Source: the human T2T-CHM13v2.0 reference genome, Homo sapiens | Reading direction: 5' to 3' (one strand) | Length of the DNA stretch: 64,000 bases | Assembly: GCF_009914755.1 (NCBI RefSeq) | Contig: NC_060930.1 | In this document: positions 1 through 11,215 of the stretch, in pieces | How positions within the stretch are numbered: position 1 is the stretch's first letter | Layout of the letters: each line of letters opens with the position of its first letter | Notes under the pieces: model-generated | Database searches by the model: none | Seen by the model: the letters and a program-made list of their open reading frames with translations, nothing else | Told to the model about the DNA's origin: nothing | Program-made: the position numbers and the translations under genes

Positions 1-99
1 TGCATTCCACACACACGGTGGACCATTTCTCTTGATAGAGCAGTTTTGAAACACTCTTTCTGTAGAATCTGCAAGTGGATAATTGGACCTCCTAGAGGC

Positions 100-116
100 C
101 TTCGTTGGAAACGGGA
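100..116 (+). promoter_or_regulatory. CENP-B box (intact); recurs at the same offset in every HOR
   Basis: CTTCGTTGGAAACGGGA matches the established 17-bp box core NTTCGNNNNANNCGGGN. Confidence 0.95.
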
Positions 117-438
117 TTTCTTCATCTAAACCTACAGAGAAGAATTCTCAGTAACTTCTTCGGATGTGTGCATTCGACGCACAGAATGGAACATTCCCTT
201 TGATAGAGCAGTTTTGAGACACCGTTTTTGTAGAATTCCCAAGTGGATATTTAGAGCACTTTGAAGTCTCTGCTAGAAAAGGAAACATCTTCATGTAAAA
301 AGTAGATAGAATCGTTCTCAGAAAGTGCTTAGTGACGTGTGCGTTCAACTCACAGAGTTTAACGTTTCTTTTGATAGAGCGTTTCTGAAACACCCTTCTT
401 GTAGTAGCTGCAAGTGGATATTTGGACCTATTGGAGGC

Positions 439-455
439 CTTCTTTGGAAATGGGA
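439..455 (+). promoter_or_regulatory. Degenerate CENP-B box (probably non-binding)
   Basis: CTTCTTTGGAAATGGGA has lost both core CpGs. Haplotype B restores only the second (CTTCTTTGGAAACGGGA, e.g. C at 6058). Confidence 0.85.
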
Positions 456-948
456 TTTCTTCATGTAACTCTAGATTGAAGAGTTCTCAGAAACTCCTTT
501 GTGATGTGTGCATTCAATTCAAAGAGTGAAACCTCCCTTTTCACAGAGCAGTTTTGAAACACTGTTTTTGTAGGATTTCCAAGGGGATATTTATAGCGCA
601 TTGAGCCTACGGCGGAAAAAGAAACATCTTCCTATAAAAACTAGACAGAATACTTCTCAGAATCTGCTTTGCGATGTGTGCGTTCAACTCACAGAGTAAA
701 ACTTTTCTTTTGATAGAGCAGTTTTGAAACACTCTTTTTGTAGTATTTGCATGTGTATATTTAGAGCGCATTGAAGCCCACAGTAGAAAAGGAAATAACT
801 TCACCTAAAACCTAGACAGAAGCAATCTCAGAAACTACTTTGTGATGTGTACATTCAACTCACAGAGTGGAACTTTCCTCTTTATAGAGCAGTGTTGAAA
901 CACTCTTTTTGTAGAAACTGCAAGTGGATATTTGGACCTCTTTGAGGC

Positions 949-965
949 CTTCGTTGGAAACGGGA
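949..965 (+). promoter_or_regulatory. CENP-B box (intact)
   Basis: CTTCGTTGGAAACGGGA. Confidence 0.95.
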
Positions 966-1288
966 TTTCTTCCTATAACCCTAGACAGAAGAATTTTCAG
1001 AAACCTCATTGTGATGTGTGCGTTCATCTCACAGAGTGGAGTCTTCCGTTTGATAGAGAAGTTTTGAAACCCTGTTCTTGTAGGATTTCCAAGTGGATAT
1101 TTAGACCACTTTGAAGCCTATGATAGAAAAGGAAACATCTTCATGGAAAACATAGATAGAATCATCCTCAGAAACAACTTTGTGATGTGTGCGTTGAACT
1201 CACCGTCTTTAACCTTTCTTTTGGTAGAGAAGTTTTGAAACACTCTCTTTGTAAAGTCTACAAGTGGATATTTTGAGCCCTTGGAGGC

Positions 1289-1305
1289 ATTCTTTGGAAA
1301 AGGGA
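1289..1305 (+). promoter_or_regulatory. Degenerate CENP-B box (probably non-binding)
   Basis: ATTCTTTGGAAAAGGGA at the B-monomer box position; both CpGs lost. Confidence 0.85.
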
Positions 1306-1630
1306 ATGTCTTCACATAAAAGGCAGACGGAAGTGTTCTCAGAAACTGCTTTGTGATGTCTGTGTTCAACTCACAGAGTTTAACATTTCCTTTGATAGAG
1401 CGGTTTAGTAACCCTCTCTTTGTAGAATTTGGAAGTGTATACTAAGAGCGCTTTGAGGCCTATGGTAGAAAAGGAAATATCTTTCCATAAAAGCTAGACA
1501 GAAGCAATCTCAGAAACTCCTTTGCGATGTCTGCATTCAACTCACCGAGTGGAACATTCCTCTTGAGAGAGCAGTTTGGAAACACTCTTTCTGTAGAATC
1601 AGCTTGTTTGTATTTGGACCTCCTTGAGGC

Positions 1631-1647
1631 CTTCGTTGGAAACGGGT
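1631..1647 (+). promoter_or_regulatory. CENP-B box (intact core)
   Basis: CTTCGTTGGAAACGGGT. Confidence 0.93.
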
Positions 1648-1970
1648 TTTCATCTTATAAACCCAGACAGAAGAATTCTCAGAGTCTTCTTTGTGATGTG
1701 TGCTTTCAACTCACCGAGATAAAGATTTCTCTTGATAGAGCAATTTGGAAACACTCTTTTTGTAGAATTTGCAAGGGTACATTGAGAGCGCTTTCAGGCC
1801 TATGGTAGAAAAGGGAATATCTTTCCATAAAAGGTAGACAGAAGCAATCTCAGAAACTACTTTGTGATGTGTGCATTCAACTCACCGAGTGCAACGTTCC
1901 TCTTGACCGAGCAGTTTGGAAACATTGTTTCTGTAGAATCTGCAAGTGGATATTTGGACCTCTTTGAGGC

Positions 1971-1987
1971 CTTCGTTGGAAACGGGA
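1971..1987 (+). promoter_or_regulatory. CENP-B box (intact)
   Basis: CTTCGTTGGAAACGGGA. Confidence 0.95.
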
Positions 1988-2059
1988 TTTCTTCCTATAA
2001 ACCCAGACAGAAGAATTCTCAGAGACTTCTTTGTGATGTGTGAATTCAACTCACAGTGT

Positions 2060-2065
2060 GGATCC
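2060..2065. other. BamHI site, one seen per HOR (retained in 15-mers)
   Basis: gtgtGGATCCttcc; predicts 3057-bp and 2551-bp BamHI fragments. Confidence 0.85.
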
Positions 2066-2310
2066 TTCCTTTTGATAGAGCAGTTTTGAAACCCTGTTTT
2101 TGTAGTATTTCCAAGCGGATATTCGGAACGCCTTGAAGCGTATGGTAGAAAAGGAAATATCTTCCCATAAAACCTAGACAGAACCAATCTCAGAAACGAC
2201 TTTGTGATGTCTGCATTCAAGTCACAGAGTTGAACATTTCTCTTGATAGAGCAGTTTTGAAACCCTCTTTCTGAAGGATCTGCAAGTGGATATTTGGAAC
2301 TCCTTTGGGT

Positions 2311-2327
2311 CTTCGTTGGAAACGGGA
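2311..2327 (+). promoter_or_regulatory. CENP-B box (intact)
   Basis: CTTCGTTGGAAACGGGA; lies just upstream of the 15-mer deletion breakpoint. Confidence 0.95.
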
Positions 2328-2646
2328 TTTCTTCGTATAAATCTAGACAGAAGAATTCTCCGAAACTTCTTTGGTTGTGTGCATTCAAGTCACAGAGTGG
2401 AACCTTCCTTTGGATAGAGCAGTTTGAAACGCCGTGGTTGTAGTATTTCCAAGCGGATATTAGAGCGCCTTGAGGCCTATGGTAGAAAAGGAAATATCTT
2501 CCCATAAAACCTAGACGGAAGCAATCTCAGAAACTACTGTGTGATGGCTGCATTCCACACACACGGTGGAACATTTCTCTTGATAGAGCAGTTTGAAACA
2601 CTCTTTCTGTAGAATCTGCAAGTGGATAATTGGACCGCCTTGAGGC

Positions 2647-2663
2647 CTTCGTTGGAAACGGGA
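2647..2663 (+). promoter_or_regulatory. CENP-B box (intact; absent from 15-mers)
   Basis: CTTCGTTGGAAACGGGA. Confidence 0.95.
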
Positions 2664-2815
2664 TTTCTTCATGTTACTCTAGATAGAAGAATTCTCAAAC
2701 ACTGCTATGTGATGTTTGCATTCAAGTCACAGAGTGCAACATTCCTCTTGGTAGAGCAGTTGGGAAACACTCCTTTTGTAGAATCTGCAATGGGATATTT
2801 GGACTTCTTTGAGGC

Positions 2816-2832
2816 CTTCGTTGGAAACGGGA
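2816..2832 (+). promoter_or_regulatory. CENP-B box (intact; only 169 bp from the previous box; absent from 15-mers)
   Basis: CTTCGTTGGAAACGGGA. Confidence 0.95.
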
Positions 2833-3056
2833 TTTCTTCGTATGAATCTAGACAGAAGAATTCTCAGAAACTTCCTTGTGATGTGTGCATTCAACTCAGC
2901 GAGTGGCACCTTCCTTTGGATACAGCAGTTTTGAAACACTGTTTTTGTAGTATTTCCAAGCGGATATTTAGAGCGCCTTGAAGCCTATGCTAGAAATGGA
3001 AATATCTCCCCATAAAACCAAGACAGAAGCAATCTCAGAAACTAATGTGTGATGGC

Positions 3057-5607
3057 TGCATTCCACACACACGGTGGACCATTTCTCTTGATAGAGCAGT
3101 TTTGAAACACTCTTTCTGTAGAATCTGCAAGTGGATAATTGGACCTCCTAGAGGCCTTCGTTGGAAACGGGATTTCTTCATCTAAACCTACAGAGAAGAA
3201 TTCTCAGTAACTTCTTCGGATGTGTGCATTCGACGCACAGAATGGAACATTCCCTTTGATAGAGCAGTTTTGAGACACCGTTTTTGTAGAATTCCCAAGT
3301 GGATATTTAGAGCACTTTGAAGTCTCTGCTAGAAAAGGAAACATCTTCATGTAAAAAGTAGATAGAATCGTTCTCAGAAAGTGCTTAGTGACGTGTGCGT
3401 TCAACTCACAGAGTTTAACGTTTCTTTTGATAGAGCGTTTCTGAAACACCCTTCTTGTAGTAGCTGCAAGTGGATATTTGGACCTATTGGAGGCCTTCTT
3501 TGGAAATGGGATTTCTTCATGTAACTCTAGATTGAAGAGTTCTCAGAAACTCCTTTGTGATGTGTGCATTCAATTCAAAGAGTGAAACCTCCCTTTTCAC
3601 AGAGCAGTTTTGAAACACTGTTTTTGTAGGATTTCCAAGGGGATATTTATAGCGCATTGAGCCTACGGCGGAAAAAGAAACATCTTCCTATAAAAACTAG
3701 ACAGAATACTTCTCAGAATCTGCTTTGCGATGTGTGCGTTCAACTCACAGAGTAAAACTTTTCTTTTGATAGAGCAGTTTTGAAACACTCTTTTTGTAGT
3801 ATTTGCATGTGTATATTTAGAGCGCATTGAAGCCCACAGTAGAAAAGGAAATAACTTCACCTAAAACCTAGACAGAAGCAATCTCAGAAACTACTTTGTG
3901 ATGTGTACATTCAACTCACAGAGTGGAACTTTCCTCTTTATAGAGCAGTGTTGAAACACTCTTTTTGTAGAAACTGCAAGTGGATATTTGGACCTCTTTG
4001 AGGCCTTCGTTGGAAACGGGATTTCTTCCTATAACCCTAGACAGAAGAATTTTCAGAAACCTCATTGTGATGTGTGCGTTCATCTCACAGAGTGGAGTCT
4101 TCCGTTTGATAGAGAAGTTTTGAAACCCTGTTCTTGTAGGATTTCCAAGTGGATATTTAGACCACTTTGAAGCCTATGATAGAAAAGGAAACATCTTCAT
4201 GGAAAACATAGATAGAATCATCCTCAGAAACAACTTTGTGATGTGTGCGTTGAACTCACCGTCTTTAACCTTTCTTTTGGTAGAGAAGTTTTGAAACACT
4301 CTCTTTGTAAAGTCTACAAGTGGATATTTTGAGCCCTTGGAGGCATTCTTTGGAAAAGGGAATGTCTTCACATAAAAGGCAGACGGAAGTGTTCTCAGAA
4401 ACTGCTTTGTGATGTCTGTGTTCAACTCACAGAGTTTAACATTTCCTTTGATAGAGCGGTTTAGTAACCCTCTCTTTGTAGAATTTGGAAGTGTATACTA
4501 AGAGCGCTTTGAGGCCTATGGTAGAAAAGGAAATATCTTTCCATAAAAGCTAGACAGAAGCAATCTCAGAAACTCCTTTGCGATGTCTGCATTCAACTCA
4601 CCGAGTGGAACATTCCTCTTGAGAGAGCAGTTTGGAAACACTCTTTCTGTAGAATCAGCTTGTTTGTATTTGGACCTCCTTGAGGCCTTCGTTGGAAACG
4701 GGTTTTCATCTTATAAACCCAGACAGAAGAATTCTCAGAGTCTTCTTTGTGATGTGTGCTTTCAACTCACCGAGATAAAGATTTCTCTTGATAGAGCAAT
4801 TTGGAAACACTCTTTTTGTAGAATTTGCAAGGGTACATTGAGAGCGCTTTCAGGCCTATGGTAGAAAAGGGAATATCTTTCCATAAAAGGTAGACAGAAG
4901 CAATCTCAGAAACTACTTTGTGATGTGTGCATTCAACTCACCGAGTGCAACGTTCCTCTTGACCGAGCAGTTTGGAAACATTGTTTCTGTAGAATCTGCA
5001 AGTGGATATTTGGACCTCTTTGAGGCCTTCGTTGGAAACGGGATTTCTTCCTATAAACCCAGACAGAAGAATTCTCAGAGACTTCTTTGTGATGTGTGAA
5101 TTCAACTCACAGTGTGGATCCTTCCTTTTGATAGAGCAGTTTTGAAACCCTGTTTTTGTAGTATTTCCAAGCGGATATTCGGAACGCCTTGAAGCGTATG
5201 GTAGAAAAGGAAATATCTTCCCATAAAACCTAGACAGAACCAATCTCAGAAACGACTTTGTGATGTCTGCATTCAAGTCACAGAGTTGAACATTTCTCTT
5301 GATAGAGCAGTTTTGAAACCCTCTTTCTGAAGGATCTGCAAGTGGATATTTGGAACTCCTTTGGGTCTTCGTTGGAAACGGGATTTCTTCGTATAAATCT
5401 AGACAGAAGAATTCTCAGAAACTTCCTTGTGATGTGTGCATTCAACTCAGCGAGTGGCACCTTCCTTTGGATACAGCAGTTTTGAAACACTGTTTTTGTA
5501 GTATTTCCAAGCGGATATTTAGAGCGCCTTGAAGCCTATGCTAGAAATGGAAATATCTCCCCATAAAACCAAGACGGAAGCAATCTCAGAAACTAATGTG
5601 TGATGGC
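3057..5607 (+). repeat. HOR U2, 15-mer deletion variant (2551 bp)
   Basis: Anchor spacing 3204 to 5755 = 2551; hybrid junction gtataaatctagacagaagaattctcagaaacttcc at 5391-5426. Confidence 0.95.
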
Positions 5608-8600
5608 TGCATTCCACACACACGGTGGACCATTTCTCTTGATAGAGCAGTTTTGAAACACTCTTTCTGTAGAATCTGCAAGTGGATAATTGGACCTCCG
5701 AGAGGCCTTCGTTGGAAACGGGATTTCTTCATCTAAACCTACAGAGAAGTATTCTCAGTAACTTCTTCGGATGTGTGCATTCGACGCACAGAATGGAACA
5801 TTCCCTTTGATAGAGCAGTTTTGAGACACCGTTTTTGTAGAATTCCCAAGTGGATATTTAGAGCACTTTGAAGTCTCTGCTAGAAAAGGAAACATCATCA
5901 TGTAAAAAGTAGATAGAATCGTTCTCAGAAAGTGCTTAGTGTCGTGTGCGTTCAACTCACAGAGTTTAACGTTTCTTTTGATAGAGCGTTTCTGAAACAC
6001 CCTTCTTGTAGTAGCTGCAAGTGGATATTTGGACCTATTGGAGGCCTTCTTTGGAAACGGGATTTCTTCATGTAACTCTAGATTGAAGAATTCTCAGAAA
6101 CTCCTTTGTGATGTGTGCATTCAATTCAAAGAGTGAAACCTCTCTTTTCACAGAGCAGTTTTGAAACACTGTTTTTGTAGGATTTCCAAGGGGATATTTA
6201 TAGCGCATTGAGCCTACGGCGGAAAAAGAAACATCTTCCTATAAAAACTAGACAGAATACTTCTCAGAATCTGCTTTGCGATGTGTGCGTTCAACTCACA
6301 GAGTAAAACTTTTCTTTTGATAGAGCAGTTTTGAAACACTCTTTTTGTAGTATTTGCATGTGTATATTTAGAGCGCATTGAAGCCCACAGTAGAAAAGGA
6401 AATAACTTCACCTAAAACCTAGACAGAAGCAATCTCAGAAACTACTTTGTGATGTGTACATTCAACTCACAGAGTGGAACTTTCCTCTTTATAGAGCAGT
6501 GTTGAAACACTCTTTTTGTAGAAACTGCAAGTGGATATTTGGACCTCTTTGAGGCCTTCGTTGGAAACGGGATTTCTTCCTATAACCCTAGACAGAAGAA
6601 TTTTCAGAAACCTCATTGTGATGTGTGCGTTCATCTCACAGAGTGGAGTCTTCCGTTTGATAGAGAAGTTTTGAAACCCTGTTCTTGTAGGATTTCCAAG
6701 TGGATATTTAGACCACTTTGAAGCCTATGATAGAAAAGGAAACATCTTCATGGAAAACATAGATAGAATCATCCTCAGAAACAACTTTGTGATGTGTGCG
6801 TTGAACTCACCGTCTTTAACCTTTCTTTTGGTAGAGAAGTTTTGAAACACTCTCTTTGTAAAGTCTACAAGTGGATATTTTGAGCCCTTGGAGGCATTCT
6901 TTGGAAAAGGGAATGTCTTCACATAAAAGGCAGACGGAAGTGTTCTCAGAAACTGCTTTGTGATGTCTGTGTTCAACTCACAGAGTTTAACATTTCCTTT
7001 GATAGAGCGGTTTAGTAACCCTCTCTTTGTAGAATTTGGAAGTGTATACTAAGAGCGCTTTGAGGCCTATGGTAGAAAAGGAAATATCTTTCCATAAAAG
7101 CTAGACAGAAGCAATCTCAGAAACTCCTCTGTGATGTCTGCATTCAACTCACCGAGTGGAACATTCCTCTTGATAGAGCAGTTTGGAAACACTCTTTCTG
7201 TAGAATCAGCTTGTTTGTATTTGGACCTCCTTGAGGCCTTCGTTGGAAACGGGTTTTCATCTTATAAACCCAGACAGAAGAATTCTCAGAGTCTTCTTTG
7301 TGATGTGTGCTTTCAACTCACCGAGATAAAGATTTCTCTTGATAGAGCAATTTGGAAACACTCTTTTTGTAGAATTTGCAAGGGTACATTGAGAGCGCTT
7401 TCAGGCCTATGGTAGAAAAGGGAATATCTTTCCATAAAAGGTAGACAGAAGCAATCTCAGAAACTACTTTGTGATGTGTGCATTCAACTCACCGAGTGCA
7501 ACGTTCCTCTTGACCGAGCAGTTTGGAAACATTGTTTCTGTAGAATCTGCAAGTGGATATTTGGACCTCTTTGAGGCCTTCGTTGGAAACGGGATTTCTT
7601 CCTATAAACCCAGACAGAAGAATTCTCAGAGACTTCTTTGTGATGTGTGAATTCAACTCACAGTGTGGATCCTTCCTTTTGATAGAGCAGTTTTGAAACC
7701 CTGTTTTTGTAGTATTTCCAAGCGGATATTCGGAACGCCTTGAAGCGTATGGTAGAAAAGGAAATATCTTCCCATAAAACCTAGACAGAACCAATCTCAG
7801 AAACGACTTTGTGATGTCTGCATTCAAGTCACAGAGTTGAACATTTCTCTTGATAGAGCAGTTTTGAAACCCTCTTTCTGAAGGATCTGCAAGTGGATAT
7901 TTGGAACTCCTTTGGGTCTTCGTTGGAAACGGGATTTCTTCGTATAAATCTAGACAGAAGAATTCTCCGAAACTTCTTTGGTTGTGTGCATTCAAGTCAC
8001 AGAGTGGAACCTTCCTTTGGATAGAGCAGTTTGAAACGCCGTGGTTGTAGTATTTCCAAGCGGATATTAGAGCGCCTTGAGGCCTATGGTAGAAAAGGAA
8101 ATATCTTCCCATAAAACCTAGACGGAAGCAATCTCAGAAACTACTGTGTGATGGCTGCATTCCACACACACGGTGGAACATTTCTCTTGATAGAGCAGTT
8201 TTGAAACACTCTTTCTGTAGAATCTGCAAGTGGATAATTGGACCGCCTTGAGGCCTTCGTTGGAAACGGGATTTCTTCATGTTACTCTAGATAGAAGAAT
8301 TCTCAAACACTGCTATGTGATGTTTGCATTCAAGTCACAGAGTGCAACATTCCTCTTGGTAGAGCAGTTGGGAAACACTCCTTTTGTAGAATCTGCAATG
8401 GGATATTTGGACTTCTTTGAGGCCTTCGTTGGAAACGGGATTTCTTCGTATGAATCTAGACAGAAGAATTCTCAGAAACTTCCTTGTGATGTGTGCATTC
8501 AACTCAGCGAGTGGCACCTTCCTTTGGATACAGCAGTTTTGAAACACTGTTTTTGTAGTATTTCCAAGCGGATATTTAGAGCGCCTTGAAGCCTATGCTA

Positions 8601-8664
8601 GAAATGGAAATATCTCCCCATAAAACCAAGACAGAAGCAATCTCAGAAACTAATGTGTGATGGC
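5608..8664 (+). repeat. HOR U3, 18-mer, haplotype B
   Basis: 3057-bp spacing; carries the B alleles (cctccgagagg, gaagtattc, catcatcatg, gtgtcgtg, ctcctctgtg). Confidence 0.95.
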
Positions 8665-11215
8665 TGCATTCCACACACACGGTGGACCATTTCTCTTGAT
8701 AGAGCAGTTTTGAAACACTCTTTCTGTAGAATCTGCAAGTGGATAATTGGACCTCCTAGAGGCCTTCGTTGGAAACGGGATTTCTTCATCTAAACCTACA
8801 GAGAAGAATTCTCAGTAACTTCTTCGGATGTGTGCATTCGACGCACAGAATGGAACATTCCCTTTGATAGAGCAGTTTTGAGACACCGTTTTTGTAGAAT
8901 TCCCAAGTGGATATTTAGAGCACTTTGAAGTCTCTGCTAGAAAAGGAAACATCTTCATGTAAAAAGTAGATAGAATCGTTCTCAGAAAGTGCTTAGTGAC
9001 GTGTGCGTTCAACTCACAGAGTTTAACGTTTCTTTTGATAGAGCGTTTCTGAAACACCCTTCTTGTAGTAGCTGCAAGTGGATATTTGGACCTATTGGAG
9101 GCCTTCTTTGGAAATGGGATTTCTTCATGTAACTCTAGATTGAAGAGTTCTCAGAAACTCCTTTGTGATGTGTGCATTCAATTCAAAGAGTGAAACCTCC
9201 CTTTTCACAGAGCAGTTTTGAAACACTGTTTTTGTAGGATTTCCAAGGGGATATTTATAGCGCATTGAGCCTACGGCGGAAAAAGAAACATCTTCCTATA
9301 AAAACTAGACAGAATACTTCTCAGAATCTGCTTTGCGATGTGTGCGTTCAACTCACAGAGTAAAACTTTTCTTTTGATAGAGCAGTTTTGAAACACTCTT
9401 TTTGTAGTATTTGCATGTGTATATTTAGAGCGCATTGAAGCCCACAGTAGAAAAGGAAATAACTTCACCTAAAACCTAGACAGAAGCAATCTCAGAAACT
9501 ACTTTGTGATGTGTACATTCAACTCACAGAGTGGAACTTTCCTCTTTATAGAGCAGTGTTGAAACACTCTTTTTGTAGAAACTGCAAGTGGATATTTGGA
9601 CCTCTTTGAGGCCTTCGTTGGAAACGGGATTTCTTCCTATAACCCTAGACAGAAGAATTTTCAGAAACCTCATTGTGATGTGTGCGTTCATCTCACAGAG
9701 TGGAGTCTTCCGTTTGATAGAGAAGTTTTGAAACCCTGTTCTTGTAGGATTTCCAAGTGGATATTTAGACCACTTTGAAGCCTATGATAGAAAAGGAAAC
9801 ATCTTCATGGAAAACATAGATAGAATCATCCTCAGAAACAACTTTGTGATGTGTGCGTTGAACTCACCGTCTTTAACCTTTCTTTTGGTAGAGAAGTTTT
9901 GAAACACTCTCTTTGTAAAGTCTACAAGTGGATATTTTGAGCCCTTGGAGGCATTCTTTGGAAAAGGGAATGTCTTCACATAAAAGGCAGACGGAAGTGT
10001 TCTCAGAAACTGCTTTGTGATGTCTGTGTTCAACTCACAGAGTTTAACATTTCCTTTGATAGAGCGGTTTAGTAACCCTCTCTTTGTAGAATTTGGAAGT
10101 GTATACTAAGAGCGCTTTGAGGCCTATGGTAGAAAAGGAAATATCTTTCCATAAAAGCTAGACAGAAGCAATCTCAGAAACTCCTTTGCGATGTCTGCAT
10201 TCAACTCACCGAGTGGAACATTCCTCTTGAGAGAGCAGTTTGGAAACACTCTTTCTGTAGAATCAGCTTGTTTGTATTTGGACCTCCTTGAGGCCTTCGT
10301 TGGAAACGGGTTTTCATCTTATAAACCCAGACAGAAGAATTCTCAGAGTCTTCTTTGTGATGTGTGCTTTCAACTCACCGAGATAAAGATTTCTCTTGAT
10401 AGAGCAATTTGGAAACACTCTTTTTGTAGAATTTGCAAGGGTACATTGAGAGCGCTTTCAGGCCTATGGTAGAAAAGGGAATATCTTTCCATAAAAGGTA
10501 GACAGAAGCAATCTCAGAAACTACTTTGTGATGTGTGCATTCAACTCACCGAGTGCAACGTTCCTCTTGACCGAGCAGTTTGGAAACATTGTTTCTGTAG
10601 AATCTGCAAGTGGATATTTGGACCTCTTTGAGGCCTTCGTTGGAAACGGGATTTCTTCCTATAAACCCAGACAGAAGAATTCTCAGAGACTTCTTTGTGA
10701 TGTGTGAATTCAACTCACAGTGTGGATCCTTCCTTTTGATAGAGCAGTTTTGAAACCCTGTTTTTGTAGTATTTCCAAGCGGATATTTGGAACGCCTTGA
10801 AGCGTATGGTAGAAAAGGAAATATCTTCCCATAAAACCTAGACAGAACCAATCTCAGAAACGACTTTGTGATGTCTGCATTCAAGTCACAGAGTTGAACA
10901 TTTCTCTTGATAGAGCAGTTTTGAAACCCTCTTTCTGAAGGATCTGCAAGTGGATATTTGGAACTCCTTTGGGTCTTCGTTGGAAACGGGATTTCTTCGT
11001 ATAAATCTAGACAGAAGAATTCTCAGAAACTTCCTTGTGATGTGTGCATTCAACTCAGCGAGTGGCACCTTCCTTTGGATACAGCAGTTTTGAAACACTG
11101 TTTTTGTAGTATTTCCAAGCGGATATTTAGAGCGCCTTGAAGCCTATGCTAGAAATGGAAATATCTCCCCATAAAACCAAGACGGAAGCAATCTCAGAAA
11201 CTAATGTGTGATGGC
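8665..11215 (+). repeat. HOR U4, 15-mer deletion variant
   Basis: 2551-bp spacing; junction at 11004-11024; T allele at 10788. Confidence 0.95.

Larger units (their letters stand above)
1..3056 (+). repeat. HOR U1, 18-mer (3056 bp; 1-bp deletion near 2592)
   Basis: tgcattccacacacacggtggacc at 1 recurs at 3057; the ORF anchor moves from 148 to 3204 (3056 bp). Confidence 0.95.

Noticed and set aside
8-16. CA microsatellite (cacacacac)
   Set aside because: About four units, apparently invariant across copies; it is just a monomer-specific variant.
6046-6062. Restoration of a functional CENP-B box in haplotype B
   Set aside because: The second CpG is present (AAACGGGA) but the essential TTCG is still TTCT, so the core consensus is not met.
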